Of a stretch of DNA of 64,000 nt, positions 45,836 to 56,206 are shown piece after piece. The position numbers and the translations under genes were made by a program. Within the stretch, counting starts at the first letter, position 1. Each line of letters starts with the position of its first letter. Origin of the DNA: a virus (taxonomy: Duplodnaviria > Caudoviricetes); IMG/VR virus record IMGVR_UViG_2923519811_000002, positions 1-64,000 of that record. One strand, written 5' to 3'. The notes beneath the pieces were generated by a model, which was not told the origin of the DNA, searched no databases, and saw only the letters and a program-made list of their open reading frames with translations.

Positions 45836-45849
45836 GCCAGGAGCAGACC

Positions 45850-47097
45850 ATGCCCATCATCAACGGCATCATCCACCACATCGACAAGAAGCCCGACGGT
45901 AGCCCCTCCGTGCTGCATCTGGCCGAAACCCCGCTGGGCCCGACTGAAGCCGCCAGCAACCTGCTCACCGACCTGAACGAGGCCTACAACGCCAAGCCCG
46001 GCAAGGCCTGGGGTCTGTTCCACGAGGAGTCCGGCGCCTACCCGCTGAGCAGATGGCTGAAGGAGTACCTGGTCGGTGGCCGTGACTTCACCGAATTCAG
46101 CCGCGACGCGGCCGAGCACCTCCAGCGCCTGCTGGAAGAGGCGAACCTGGCCACCGGCGGCCACCTCTTCATCGCCCACTACCAGCAGGGCATGACCGAC
46201 TACCTGCAGGTGGCGGTGCTCCGCTACACCGAGGCCGTGGCCATCGACGCATCGCTGCAGGCGGTACCCGTGCGCTACCTGGACCTGAGCCAGCTCCACA
46301 TGGCAGCGCGGATCAACCTGTCGGAGTGGCGCAACAACCCGAAGTCCCGCCAGTACATCTCCTTCATCAAGGCGAAGACCGGACGCAAGGCCACCGACTA
46401 CTTCCGCGACTTCATCGGCTGCCAGGAAGGCGTCGACGCCCCGGGCGAGACCCGCACCCTGCTCAAGGCCTTCAGCGACTTCGTCGAGCAGGGAGACCTG
46501 GCCGAAGAACAGGCCCGCGAGAAGACCAAGACCCTGGTGGACTACGCCACCACCCAGGCCAAGCTGGGGAGCGCGATCACCTTGGAGGAGCTGTCTGGCC
46601 TGATCGACGAGGACCAGCCCCGGGCCTTCTTCGAGTTCATCCGTAACCGGGACTACGGCCTGTCGCCCGAGATCCCGCCGGACAAGCGCACCCTGAACCA
46701 GTTCAAGCGCTTCACCGGCCGCGCCGAAGGGCTCTCGATCAGCTTCGAGGCGCGCTTGCTGGGCTCGTCGGTGGAGTTCGACCAGGGCCGCGACGTGCTG
46801 GTGATCCGCAACCTGCCGACCCAGTTGAAAACTCAGCTGCGCAAGGCGGCACCTGACGCACAGTCAGAGCAGCACAGCGCCGAATTGGACTCCTACGCAG
46901 GCGTAGGTGACGACCCGCTGCTGAATGAGGCGATCGACTTCGTCCGCGAGACCCGTCGCGCCTCGATCTCGGCCGTGCAACGCAAGCTCGCCATCGGCTA
47001 CAACCGAGCGGCACGCCTCATCGAGGACATGGAACGCCTGAAGGTGATCAGCCCCATAAGAACCGACGGCTTCCGTGAGGTGCTGGCCCATGCATAG
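45850..47097 (+). CDS. yejK: Nucleoid-associated protein YejK/NdpA with C-terminal FtsK-gamma domain
   Basis: [11 protein letters not shown]...[12 protein letters not shown]...YFRDFIGC; C-terminal DPLL..A...[22 protein letters not shown]. Confidence 0.9.
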   Translation: MPIINGIIHHIDKKPDGSPSVLHLAETPLGPTEAASNLLTDLNEAYNAKPGKAWGLFHEESGAYPLSRWLKEYLVGGRDFTEFSRDAAEHLQRLLEEANLATGGHLFIAHYQQGMTDYLQVAVLRYTEAVAIDASLQAVPVRYLDLSQLHMAARINLSEWRNNPKSRQYISFIKAKTGRKATDYFRDFIGCQEGVDAPGETRTLLKAFSDFVEQGDLAEEQAREKTKTLVDYATTQAKLGSAITLEELSGLIDEDQPRAFFEFIRNRDYGLSPEIPPDKRTLNQFKRFTGRAEGLSISFEARLLGSSVEFDQGRDVLVIRNLPTQLKTQLRKAAPDAQSEQHSAELDSYAGVGDDPLLNEAIDFVRETRRASISAVQRKLAIGYNRAARLIEDMERLKVISPIRTDGFREVLAHA

Positions 47098-47305
47098 CCG
47101 CCATTGCCAACCTGCCCCGCTGAGCGTGGACCCGATCAAGCACCCTCGGCGTGCCGCCGAACAGCACGAGCGCCAGCAGGCCGAGCGCGCACAGGCCCTG
47201 TTCAACGCTCGCCTCGCACCTGAGCAGATCCGCCGGCGCCTGCGCATGGGGCCGGTGACCTTCGAGCAGTTCGTGGCCCGCAACGGGCTCCGCGCCAAGG
47301 CGTGA
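47090..47305 (+). CDS. Small basic hypothetical protein
   Basis: GAGGT RBS, overlaps the yejK stop. Confidence 0.55.
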   Translation: MHSRHCQPAPLSVDPIKHPRRAAEQHERQQAERAQALFNARLAPEQIRRRLRMGPVTFEQFVARNGLRAKA

Positions 47306-47413
47306 ACGCTCCCGCATGACCCTGGCCGCCCATGCGGCGGCCTCCTCCCTTCCTTTATCGCGCCGCGTCGGCGGCTCTGGCGTGCGTGCACGCCCATGAG
47401 ACTGGGGACCCCC

Positions 47414-49963
47414 ATGAACTACAACGACTTCCTGAAGCGCAAGGTATGCGTAGCCCCTTCGCTTGGCTTCGAGGTCGACCAGGCCCTGGTCAACCCTCGC
47501 ATGAAGCCGCACTGCCAGGCGATCGTGCCCTGGCTCCTGGCTGGCGGGCGGCGCGCGCTGTTCGCGTCCTTCGGCCTGCACAAGACGGTGATCCAGCTCG
47601 AAGCGGTTCGCCTGGCGGCCGAGCACGCTGGAGGCCGCGGCCTGATCACCATCCCTCTCGGCGTGCGCCAGGAATTCCGCCGCGACGCTGTCGAGCGCCT
47701 GGGATGGGCAGAGCCGCCGCGCTTTATCCGCAGCATCGAGGAAGCCGACGCCACCGGCGTCTACCTGACCAACTACGAGACCGTGCGCGACGGCAAGCTG
47801 GACCCCCGCCACTTCGTGGCCACCAGCCTTGACGAAGCGGATTGCCTGCGCGGCTTCGGCGGCAGCAAGACGTTCCGCGAGTTCATGCGCCTGTTCGCTG
47901 GCGACGATCGCCAGGCAGGCGTTCGCACCGAGGGCGTCCGGTACCGGTTCGTGGCCACCGCCACGCCGTCACCCAACGACTACATCGAGCTACTTGCCTA
48001 TGCCGCCTACCTGGGCGTGATGGACGTCGGCGCCGCCAAGACTCGCTTCTTCAAGCGCAACAGCGAGAAGGCCGACCAGCTCACCATCCACCCGCACAAG
48101 GAGGAGGAGTTCTGGCTGTGGGTCGCCAGCTGGGCGCTGTTCATCCAGAAGCCCAGCGATCTCGGTTTCAGCGATGACGGGTACCAGTTGCCGGAGCTGG
48201 ACCTGCACTGGCACGAGCTGCCCAGTGATCACAGCCAGGCCGGTACCGAGAAGGATGGCCAGGGGCGCCTGTTCCGCAACGCGGCGATCGGCGTACAGGA
48301 CGCATCCAAGGTGAAGCGCGACAGCCTGCCGGATCGAATCGAGCGCCTGCAGCAGATCCGCGCCGAGGCGCCGGCCGCCCACCGGATCATCTGGCACGAC
48401 CTTGAAGCAGAGCGCCACGCCATCGAGGCCGCGATCCCGGGCGTCGTCAGCGTCTACGGCTCCCAGGTCCTGGACGAGCGCGAGCAGCTGATCGTCGACT
48501 TCAGCGACGGAAAATTCCCCGAGCTGGCCGCCAAGCCCGTCATCGCCGGCGCCGGCTGCAACTTCCAGCGGCACTGCCACCAGGCCGTCTTCCTCGGCAT
48601 CGGCTTCAAGTTCCGCGACTTCATCCAGGCCGTGCACCGTATCCAGCGGTTCGGCCAGCAGCACCGCGTGCGCATCGACCTCATCTACACCGAGGCCGAG
48701 CGCGACATCCGCCGCCAGCTCGAACGCAAGTGGCAGCAGCACAACCTGCAGGCAGAACGTATGACCAAGATCATCCGCGACTTCGGCCTGGCGCATGCCG
48801 CCATGGCCCAGCAGTTGGCCCGCTCTCTCGGCGTCGAGCGCGTCGAGGCGAAGGGCGAGCACTACACCGTGGTGAACAACGACTGTGTGCTGGAGACCCA
48901 GCGCATGCAGAGCGACAGCGTGCACCTGGTCCTGACCAGCATCCCCTTCGGCAACCAGTACGAGTACTCGCCCAGCTACAACGACTTCGGCCACACCGAC
49001 GACAGCGAGCACTTCTGGTCCCAGATGGACTACCTGATCCCCGAGCTGTACCGAGTACTTCAACCCGGGCGCGTCGCCGCGATCCACGTGAAGGACAGGA
49101 TCACCCCCAGCGGGATCTCGGGCATGGGCTTCCAGGTGGTGCAGCCCTTCAGCGATGAGTGCGTGGCCGCCTTCCGCAAGCACGGCTTCGGCTTCCTGGC
49201 ACGCAAGACCATCGTCACCGACGTGGTGCGCGAGAACGCGCAGACCTATCGCCTGGGCTGGACCGAGCAGTGCAAGGACGGCAGCCGCCAGGGCGCGGGC
49301 ATGCCGGAGTACCTGCTGATCTTCCGCAAGCCCCCGACCGACCGCAGCAACGGCTACGCCGACGTGCCCGTGGTGAAGAGCAAGGAGGCGTATACGCGCC
49401 CGCGCTGGCAGTTCGACGCCCACGGGTTCACCCGCTCCAGCGGCAACCGCCCGCTGATGCCGCAGGATCTCGACGGCCTGGACCAGGCCGCGATCTTCCA
49501 GCGCTTCAAGGCCCACAGCCTGCAGGAGGTCTACGACTTCCGCCACGACGTGACCATCGCCGAGCACGTGGCCGACTCCGGCTGGCTGCCCAGCAGCTTC
49601 ATGCTCCTGCAACCGCAGAGCTGGCATCCCGATGTCTGGACCGACATCACTCGAATGCTGACGCTGAACAGCACTCAGGCCGCCAAGGGCCGCGAGCAGC
49701 ACATCTGCCCGCTCCAGTTCGACATCGTCGACCGCGCGATCGAGCAGTACACGATGCGCGGCGAAGTGGTCTACGACCCCTTCGGCGGCATCGGCACCAC
49801 CCCCTACCGCGCCGTAAAGCTCGGCCGCTATGGCCGCGCCTGCGAGCTGTCCCCGGCCTACTTCCTGGACATGGCGGCCTACTGCGCCGCGATCTCTCGG
49901 GAAATGGCCATGCCTGACCTCTTCTCTTTCCTCGACGCTGAGCAGAAGGAATCCGCTGCATGA
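47414..49963 (+). CDS. SNF2-like helicase fused to a beta-class N4/N6 DNA methyltransferase
   Basis: FGLHKT, LDEAD, TATP, QAVHRIQRFGQ; then TSIPF and DPFGGIGT. Confidence 0.88.
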   Translation: MNYNDFLKRKVCVAPSLGFEVDQALVNPRMKPHCQAIVPWLLAGGRRALFASFGLHKTVIQLEAVRLAAEHAGGRGLITIPLGVRQEFRRDAVERLGWAEPPRFIRSIEEADATGVYLTNYETVRDGKLDPRHFVATSLDEADCLRGFGGSKTFREFMRLFAGDDRQAGVRTEGVRYRFVATATPSPNDYIELLAYAAYLGVMDVGAAKTRFFKRNSEKADQLTIHPHKEEEFWLWVASWALFIQKPSDLGFSDDGYQLPELDLHWHELPSDHSQAGTEKDGQGRLFRNAAIGVQDASKVKRDSLPDRIERLQQIRAEAPAAHRIIWHDLEAERHAIEAAIPGVVSVYGSQVLDEREQLIVDFSDGKFPELAAKPVIAGAGCNFQRHCHQAVFLGIGFKFRDFIQAVHRIQRFGQQHRVRIDLIYTEAERDIRRQLERKWQQHNLQAERMTKIIRDFGLAHAAMAQQLARSLGVERVEAKGEHYTVVNNDCVLETQRMQSDSVHLVLTSIPFGNQYEYSPSYNDFGHTDDSEHFWSQMDYLIPELYRVLQPGRVAAIHVKDRITPSGISGMGFQVVQPFSDECVAAFRKHGFGFLARKTIVTDVVRENAQTYRLGWTEQCKDGSRQGAGMPEYLLIFRKPPTDRSNGYADVPVVKSKEAYTRPRWQFDAHGFTRSSGNRPLMPQDLDGLDQAAIFQRFKAHSLQEVYDFRHDVTIAEHVADSGWLPSSFMLLQPQSWHPDVWTDITRMLTLNSTQAAKGREQHICPLQFDIVDRAIEQYTMRGEVVYDPFGGIGTTPYRAVKLGRYGRACELSPAYFLDMAAYCAAISREMAMPDLFSFLDAEQKESAA

Positions 49964-51876
49964 TCAAGCGCACCCTCTACCACTTCCACTTCTGCTGCGG
50001 CCTGGGCGGCGGCGCCAAAGGGTTCAACCGCGCCAAGCCTGTCGTGGGCAACCTGCAGGCGAACTGGGAATGCCTGGGCGGAATCGACGTCGACCTCGCT
50101 GGACTGCGCGACTTCGAGCGGCTGGCCGGCGTGCCCGGGACGCTGATGGACCTCTTCACCCGCGACCAGTATGTGCGGTTCCACGGGAATGAGCCGCCGC
50201 CCGGCTGGCGCGAAGCGACGCCTGACGACATCCGCCGGGCCGCGCGTGGCCGCCGCCCTGACGCGGTCTTCATCTCCAGCCCCTGCAAGGGCGCCAGCGG
50301 GCTGCTGTCGGAGAAGATGAGCCTGACACCTCGCTACCAGGCGTTGAACGAGCTGACGCTGCGATGCGTCTGGCTGATGGGCGAGGCCTGGGCGGATGAT
50401 CCGGTGCCGCTGATCGTGTTCGAGAACGTCCCGCGCCTGGCCACCCGTGGCCGACACCTGCTGGACCAGATCAACAGCCTGCTGGGCGGGTTCGGCTACG
50501 CCGTGGCCGAGACCACCCACGACTGCGGCGAGTTGGGCGGCCTGGCACAGTCCCGGAAAAGGTTCCTGCTGGTGGCACGCCACGTCGAGAAGGTCCCGCC
50601 CTTCCTCTACGAGCCGCAGAAGAAGAGCCTGCGCGCCGTGGGCGACATCCTCGGCCGCATGCCTCTGGCGGGTGACATCGCCGCGGCCGGGCCGATGCAT
50701 CGCGTTCCGTCGCTCCAGTGGAAGACCTGGGTGCGCCTTGCTCTGGTGCGCGCCGGCAGCGACTGGCGCAGCCTCAACGAGCTGGCGATCGAGGATGGCT
50801 ACCTGCGCGACCTGGTGATTGTGCCGGAGTACCGCAGCGGCTACATGGGCGTGCATGGCTGGGATGACAGCATGGGCACCATTGCCGGCCGCAGCAGCCC
50901 TACCAATGGGGCGTTTTCCGTTGCAGATCCGCGCTACGAGGCGTCGGCCCGCTGGAACTACGGCCAGCAGTACGGCGTTCTGAACTGGCGCGAGACCTCC
51001 GGCACCATCACCGGGCAGAAGTCGCCTGGGCAAGGGAAGTTCGCGGTGGCCGACCCGCGCGGCCAGAGCTTCGGGAAGTACCCGGTCACCGAGTGGAACG
51101 ACCACGCCGGCACCGTCATCGCTGCCAGCACCACTGGGCAAGGCGCCTTTGCTGTCGCAGATCCGCGCCCTACCGGGGTGCGCCACAACAACGTGTTCCG
51201 CGTCGTCAGCATGGACCAGCACGCGGGCACGGTCACCAGCGGACACGGCCCCAGCTCGGGCGGCCAGGCGGTGGCCGATCCCCGGTACCACAACTGGCAC
51301 CCCGGCGCGTCGAGCCGGAAGCTGAACGTGGTGCCGTGGACTGGCACCGCCGGTACCGTCACCGGCTCCCAGCAGGTGGCCAGCGGTGCGCTGTCGATCG
51401 CTGACCCGCGTGCACTGCATCGCAAGGAGGGCGACGCCTGGGTCGGGGGAGGCCATTACGGCGTGGTGGGCTTCGACCAGTCGGCCGGCGCCGTCTCCGC
51501 CAGCGCGCGCTACGACAATGGCCGCTGGAGCGTTGCTGATCCGCGCATGCCGGCGGCGGACGAGCGCCTGACCTGCATCATCCAGTCGCTCGACGGCACC
51601 TGGCACCGCCCCTTCACCACCCTGGAGCTGGCCGCCCTGCAGAGCCTGGTGGACCCCGAGGAGCAACTGGTCCTGGACGGGCTCAGCGACAGCGACTGGC
51701 GCGAGCGCATCGGCAACGCCGTTCCGCCGGCGGCGGCCGAGGCGATCGCCCACGTCATGGGGACCACCCTGCTGCTGGCCGAGCTGGGCGAGACGTTCAT
51801 GCTCAGCAGCATGCCGATCTGGGTGCGGCCGGTGGCCGTCGGTCTGAGCGTCGCCTCGCAGGACTCGACGCTGTGA
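49960..51876 (+). CDS. C5-cytosine DNA methyltransferase with an expanded repeated variable region
   Basis: FCCGLGG, SPCKG, FENVP, QSRKR, IGNAVP; six ...ADPR repeats. Confidence 0.92.
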   Translation: MIKRTLYHFHFCCGLGGGAKGFNRAKPVVGNLQANWECLGGIDVDLAGLRDFERLAGVPGTLMDLFTRDQYVRFHGNEPPPGWREATPDDIRRAARGRRPDAVFISSPCKGASGLLSEKMSLTPRYQALNELTLRCVWLMGEAWADDPVPLIVFENVPRLATRGRHLLDQINSLLGGFGYAVAETTHDCGELGGLAQSRKRFLLVARHVEKVPPFLYEPQKKSLRAVGDILGRMPLAGDIAAAGPMHRVPSLQWKTWVRLALVRAGSDWRSLNELAIEDGYLRDLVIVPEYRSGYMGVHGWDDSMGTIAGRSSPTNGAFSVADPRYEASARWNYGQQYGVLNWRETSGTITGQKSPGQGKFAVADPRGQSFGKYPVTEWNDHAGTVIAASTTGQGAFAVADPRPTGVRHNNVFRVVSMDQHAGTVTSGHGPSSGGQAVADPRYHNWHPGASSRKLNVVPWTGTAGTVTGSQQVASGALSIADPRALHRKEGDAWVGGGHYGVVGFDQSAGAVSASARYDNGRWSVADPRMPAADERLTCIIQSLDGTWHRPFTTLELAALQSLVDPEEQLVLDGLSDSDWRERIGNAVPPAAAEAIAHVMGTTLLLAELGETFMLSSMPIWVRPVAVGLSVASQDSTL

Positions 51877-52106
51877 GCTGGTACGAGAGAGCCTGGCAGC
51901 ACATGCACCAGGTGCACCAGCAGGCCCTGGCCGAAGGCTTGGATGCCATCGCCAGGGCCAGGGCCATCGACGACAGCTACCCGTGGCAGAAGCGCTCAGG
52001 CTGGCCCTACAAGGCCTGGCTGAGGGCTCGCCGCGATTTCTTCCCCCGCCACCAACTGCCGACGCCCCGGGCAACGCGCCCAGGGCCTGACCTCTTTTCG
52101 GAGTGA
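51873..52106 (+). CDS. Hypothetical protein
   Basis: GTGA overlap; YPW..RSGWPYKAWL motif. Confidence 0.65.
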   Translation: MSWYERAWQHMHQVHQQALAEGLDAIARARAIDDSYPWQKRSGWPYKAWLRARRDFFPRHQLPTPRATRPGPDLFSE

Positions 52107-52109
52107 GAA

Positions 52110-52499
52110 ATGAGCCGCACGCCTGACATTCTCGAAATTGCCGGGGTTCAGGCCTCGGCCTGCCCCACCCCCGAATTCCGCTTCTTCATCTACGACCCCT
52201 CGGGCTACGACTTCATCTACTTCCGGAGCCCCGAGGACCGAGCCACCGCAATCCGTACCATCATCGGCAGCTACAGCGCCGATGATGGCTGGGACGATGA
52301 GGTGGAGAACGTCTTTGCCGGAGAGATAACGCATACCTGCGAGAAGACTGCCCTTCAGTTGCGCCCCGACCAGGTAGATGAGGACGGCCTCGACGAAGAG
52401 GGCAACTACTGGGCCGAGAGCTGGGCCTATCGATGCGACTATGACTTGTTCGACCTGCTGCCGCAGCAGGCGAAGGATGGTAGCGAGGTGCAGCCATGA
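52110..52499 (+). CDS. Acidic hypothetical protein
   Basis: Operon coupling. Confidence 0.65.
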   Translation: MSRTPDILEIAGVQASACPTPEFRFFIYDPSGYDFIYFRSPEDRATAIRTIIGSYSADDGWDDEVENVFAGEITHTCEKTALQLRPDQVDEDGLDEEGNYWAESWAYRCDYDLFDLLPQQAKDGSEVQP

Positions 52500-52852
52500 A
52501 AATGGCCAAGGCAAGCGAGAGCGACATTGAAGCCGCAGGCGAACTGCTGCAGCTGCTCGACGTAATTGACCGGCGCTGGGGTGGCCCCTGCCCCATTGAC
52601 GCTCCTGACAACCTCTTCGAGTTCCTGGGATACAGCGACTTCGACGCTGATGATCCTGAGCACCTGCAGGTGCTCTACAACCACTTAGCCCGGCTGCTTT
52701 GCCGGGCTCCGAATTTTCACGGACGAATCATCGGCGGCATGTGCTACGTCATCCACAACCCGTGCAACGAGATCATCGATCCGGATCTCGACTACCTGGA
52801 GCTGCACCCAGTGCTCCGGGGGCTACTGAACAACCTTGCCCCAACGCCCTGA
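52496..52852 (+). CDS. Hypothetical protein
   Basis: GAGGT RBS, ATGA overlap. Confidence 0.65.
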   Translation: MKMAKASESDIEAAGELLQLLDVIDRRWGGPCPIDAPDNLFEFLGYSDFDADDPEHLQVLYNHLARLLCRAPNFHGRIIGGMCYVIHNPCNEIIDPDLDYLELHPVLRGLLNNLAPTP

Positions 52853-52977
52853 AAGCTCCCGCCTCCTGCAGCAATGTCGGCCACGGCGGGCCGCCCGCTC
52901 CGCGACAACTTCCATCCCATGCCAATCCGCCACACCGGGCAGAACGTCCGGGGCGGACCTATTCCGGAGAACGATGA

Positions 52978-53382
52978 ATGAAAACCGCAACCCTGGACGA
53001 GTACCGCGACCTGATGAAGGCGCAGGGTGTTCCGCGCGAACACACGGCATTCCGCTGCCCGATGTGCAGCACGGTCCAGTCCGCTGCCGATCTGCTTGCA
53101 GCCGGTGCGGGCGACAATCTCGCAGCTGTCGAGCCCTACCTGGCCTTCTCCTGCGTAGGCCGCTTCACCGGCGCCGGCAGCCCCTCGGCGATGAAGGGCC
53201 TGGGCAAGGGCTGCAACTGGACTCTCGGGGGTCTCTTCCAGACGCACCAGTTTGAGGTCGTGACGGACGACGGCCGGCACCACCCCATGTTCGAGCCGGT
53301 CACCGCTGCAGAAGCGCAGGCCCACATGGAAGCGAAGGGGCTGACCGAGGGCGTCGACAGCGAGGGCGGCAGCTGTGACTAA
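52978..53382 (+). CDS. VVA0879-like zinc-binding protein
   Basis: FRCPMC..VQS...FSCVGRF...GCNWTLGGL. Confidence 0.72.
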   Translation: MKTATLDEYRDLMKAQGVPREHTAFRCPMCSTVQSAADLLAAGAGDNLAAVEPYLAFSCVGRFTGAGSPSAMKGLGKGCNWTLGGLFQTHQFEVVTDDGRHHPMFEPVTAAEAQAHMEAKGLTEGVDSEGGSCD

Positions 53383-53587
53383 GTCCGGAATCACATACTA
53401 CCCCCGCCGGGCGCGCTGCCAGAACTGCACGGAATGCCACAACGACTGCAGCGCGCTGCCCTTCAGCACCATGCCGGTCTACCGGCAGGATGGAACCGAT
53501 ACCATCGTGACCTGCACCGAGTTCCGCCAGGCCAACTACTGCGGATCTCTCCGCAGCGACGTACGGCGAGGCGGCCAGCACCAATGA
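53375..53587 (+). CDS. Small Cys-rich protein
   Basis: CxxC...CSALPFSTMPV...VTCTEF. Confidence 0.55.
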   Translation: MTKSGITYYPRRARCQNCTECHNDCSALPFSTMPVYRQDGTDTIVTCTEFRQANYCGSLRSDVRRGGQHQ

Positions 53588-53735
53588 ACGCCCCGATCTA
53601 CTGCCGCTCCACCGGCCTGCGGGTTGGCACCTGCACCTGCCTCCGCTGTCGCCCGCCGGCTCCTGCGCCGGCCCAGTAACACCGATCCCCTACCCCCATC
53701 ACCTGACTCTGCGCACTGCGCCGGAGGGAACAACC

Positions 53736-54380
53736 GTGTCCACGCATAACCACCCCGAAGATCAGGACGCCATCGAGAAGCTGCACTCCTCCTACATGGA
53801 CGCCCTCTTCGACGCTGCCAACGATCGCCTTATCGAGTTCCAGGACAAGGCCTACCAGATGGGCCGCGCCCGTGGCCGCCTGGATACCTTCGACTTCGCC
53901 GCCCACCTGCAGCGCCAGCGCGAATTCAGCGAGCGCACTTTCGGCCCCGGCAGCCGCGCCAAAGGCGTGGTCGACCACATCCGCAAGGAACTCAAGGAGA
54001 TCGAGGCCAGCCCGGGCGACCTGTCCGAATGGATCGATGTCGTCATCCTGGCCCTGGACGGCGCCTGGCGCTCCGGTGCCACGCCCGCGCAGATCATCGA
54101 CGCCTTGGTCGCCAAGCAGACGAGGAACGAGGCTCGCACCTGGCCGGACTGGCGCTCTGTACCCCTCGACAAAGCGATCGAGCATGACCGAGCCGAGGAT
54201 CCCATCGACGACGAGACGTACTTCGTTCACCGCAATGCCGGTAGGAAAGTGTTTGCGAAGCACGGCGAAGTCTTCGTCGATCAGGGAGGGCTGACCAGGG
54301 GCTGGGGGAATGGTTGGACCCGCATCAAGGCGACCTCTATCGAACATGCCCTGCAGATCGCTGAGGAGGTGTTGCCGTAA
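53736..54380 (+). CDS. dATP/dGTP pyrophosphohydrolase-domain (DUF550) protein
   Basis: FSERTFGPG...DHIRKELKEIE..PGDLSEWIDVVILALDG...ARTWPDW. Confidence 0.85.
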   Translation: MSTHNHPEDQDAIEKLHSSYMDALFDAANDRLIEFQDKAYQMGRARGRLDTFDFAAHLQRQREFSERTFGPGSRAKGVVDHIRKELKEIEASPGDLSEWIDVVILALDGAWRSGATPAQIIDALVAKQTRNEARTWPDWRSVPLDKAIEHDRAEDPIDDETYFVHRNAGRKVFAKHGEVFVDQGGLTRGWGNGWTRIKATSIEHALQIAEEVLP

Positions 54381-54715
54381 TGAAGCGCATCTACCTCTCA
54401 GGCCCGATGTCCGGCCTGCCCGACGAGAACCGTCCGGCCTTCAACGCCGAGGCCACTCGCCTGCGCGCCCTGGGCTACCAGGTCGAGAACCCCGCCGAGC
54501 TGAACCCGCCCGGCACGCCCCGCCACATCTGCATGAAGGTGGACATCCAGGCGCTGCTGGGCTGCGACACCATCGCCCTGCTCCCTGGTTGGATCGACTC
54601 CGCCGGCGCAACTCTGGAGCGTGCCTGCGCCGTCCAGTGCGGCATCCGGACAATCGCCGCCAAGACCATCGCCGAGCCCTGCCAAGCGCCGGCCGAAGCC
54701 GCCCTGGAGCAATGA
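54380..54715 (+). CDS. DUF4406 (nucleoside deoxyribosyltransferase-like) protein
   Basis: IYLSGPMSG...NPA...CDTIALLPGW..S.GA.LE. Confidence 0.88.
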   Translation: MKRIYLSGPMSGLPDENRPAFNAEATRLRALGYQVENPAELNPPGTPRHICMKVDIQALLGCDTIALLPGWIDSAGATLERACAVQCGIRTIAAKTIAEPCQAPAEAALEQ

Positions 54716-55755
54716 CCGTGAACAAGGACCAACACCCAAACGCCGACGATGCATTCGAACCCGAGTTCATGACCTGGTGGGAAAAACACGGCCAGTACTG
54801 CCGCTCTGGCGGTGGAGATTACGAGCGGTCGTTTGCGTTCGAGGCCTGGCGCCACCTCTATCCGAAGCTGATGCAGGCCCGCGCCGCGCGCTCCGCCCCG
54901 CATGCTGACGGTATGGCCGATGCTTACGTCGGCGCGCGTGAGGACCTGGCTATCTGGAAGCACCGCGCATTGGAGGCCGAACAGAAGGTGCGCGTGCTGG
55001 ATCAACGTATCGATCAGCTCGTGCTGGAAGCCCAGGGCGAAACCCGCATGGGCGAGCCGCACATAGCCCCGCCTGCTGCTGTGCCGGCCGAGTTGACCAA
55101 CGTCCGTTGCATGTGCGGCGACGAGTACCCGCACGACAGCTACGGCGCTGGGTTCATTGCGGGCTCTGGCATGTGCGAGAACTGCGATGCAGCTATCCCG
55201 GCAAAAGAGCCGCCTGCTGCTGGGGTGCCGGAGGGGTGGCAGCCGATGGAGACCGCACCCAAGGACGGAACGCTGCTGCGCCTGCTGGTCGAGTTCGAAG
55301 ATCACCCCATCGACGATGGAGCTGGGCCGTTCGCCACTGTCGGCACCAACTACCGGGACAACACGGGCGAAGACGCCTGGCAGATCGTGGGATGGTGCTG
55401 GGAACAGGATCGATTCATCGACGGCGTTGGCACGCCTATCGGGTGGCTTCCGATGCTCGCCGCCACCCCCACCCCGCCTGCATCCGAACAGCAGAGGGCT
55501 GTCTTCGCCATCCCAGACATGGATGAGCACCTGCTCCAGATACTGGGCCGTCCCAATTTCCGGTGCGCCCATATCGCGCAGGTTCTGCGGCTCGACGGTG
55601 CGGAGATCAGGAGGAAGGCCGAGGACGAGCAGGCAGTCGTTATTCACTGGATGCTGACCCTATACCTGGCCCATGGAGCCAAATGGTGGGAAGTCGCGAC
55701 CGAGGAGGTCAAACGCATCCAGTCCGAGCATATGGCCAAGGGCGAGGGGGTGTGA
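54712..55755 (+). CDS. Mosaic phage early protein
   Basis: ATGA overlap; WQPMETAPKDGT module and C-terminal ILGRPNF.C..IAQ.LR..G.EI..KAEDEQA module. Confidence 0.7.
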   Translation: MTVNKDQHPNADDAFEPEFMTWWEKHGQYCRSGGGDYERSFAFEAWRHLYPKLMQARAARSAPHADGMADAYVGAREDLAIWKHRALEAEQKVRVLDQRIDQLVLEAQGETRMGEPHIAPPAAVPAELTNVRCMCGDEYPHDSYGAGFIAGSGMCENCDAAIPAKEPPAAGVPEGWQPMETAPKDGTLLRLLVEFEDHPIDDGAGPFATVGTNYRDNTGEDAWQIVGWCWEQDRFIDGVGTPIGWLPMLAATPTPPASEQQRAVFAIPDMDEHLLQILGRPNFRCAHIAQVLRLDGAEIRRKAEDEQAVVIHWMLTLYLAHGAKWWEVATEEVKRIQSEHMAKGEGV

Positions 55756-55756
55756 G

Positions 55757-56206
55757 ATGGCCGGACCACCGATTGAACCCCAGGAATACCTCTACGGCCC
55801 GACGGTCGTGCAGATCGAGGATCTTCGCGTCGCCCGAGGTCTGACCAGGCGCCCGCTGTCGTCATGCCGGCATCGCCAGCTGGTCTACGACGACAAAGAG
55901 CGCCGCGTCTGGTGCCAGGACTGCGAGCAGGAAGTGGAAAGCTTCGACGCGTTCCTGTCCGTGGTTGGCGTATTCCAGCGGGCGAAAGCCGAGATTGATC
56001 GCCGCCGACGGGAGCTGGAAGAGGTCGAGAAGTTCAGGATCGTCAGCCGGGCCGCGAAGGCCATGGATGCAGCATGGCGCAAGCGTGACACAGCGCCGCT
56101 CTGCCCTCACTGCATGACGGCAATCCTCCCCGAAGACGTGGCAAAGGGTGTTGCCGAGTGCTCCCGGAGCCTCGCACAGGCGCGCCGCAAGAAGCCCACC
56201 AAGTAA
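55757..56206 (+). CDS. Zinc-binding hypothetical protein
   Basis: CRH...CQDC...CPHC. Confidence 0.65.
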   Translation: MAGPPIEPQEYLYGPTVVQIEDLRVARGLTRRPLSSCRHRQLVYDDKERRVWCQDCEQEVESFDAFLSVVGVFQRAKAEIDRRRRELEEVEKFRIVSRAAKAMDAAWRKRDTAPLCPHCMTAILPEDVAKGVAECSRSLAQARRKKPTK

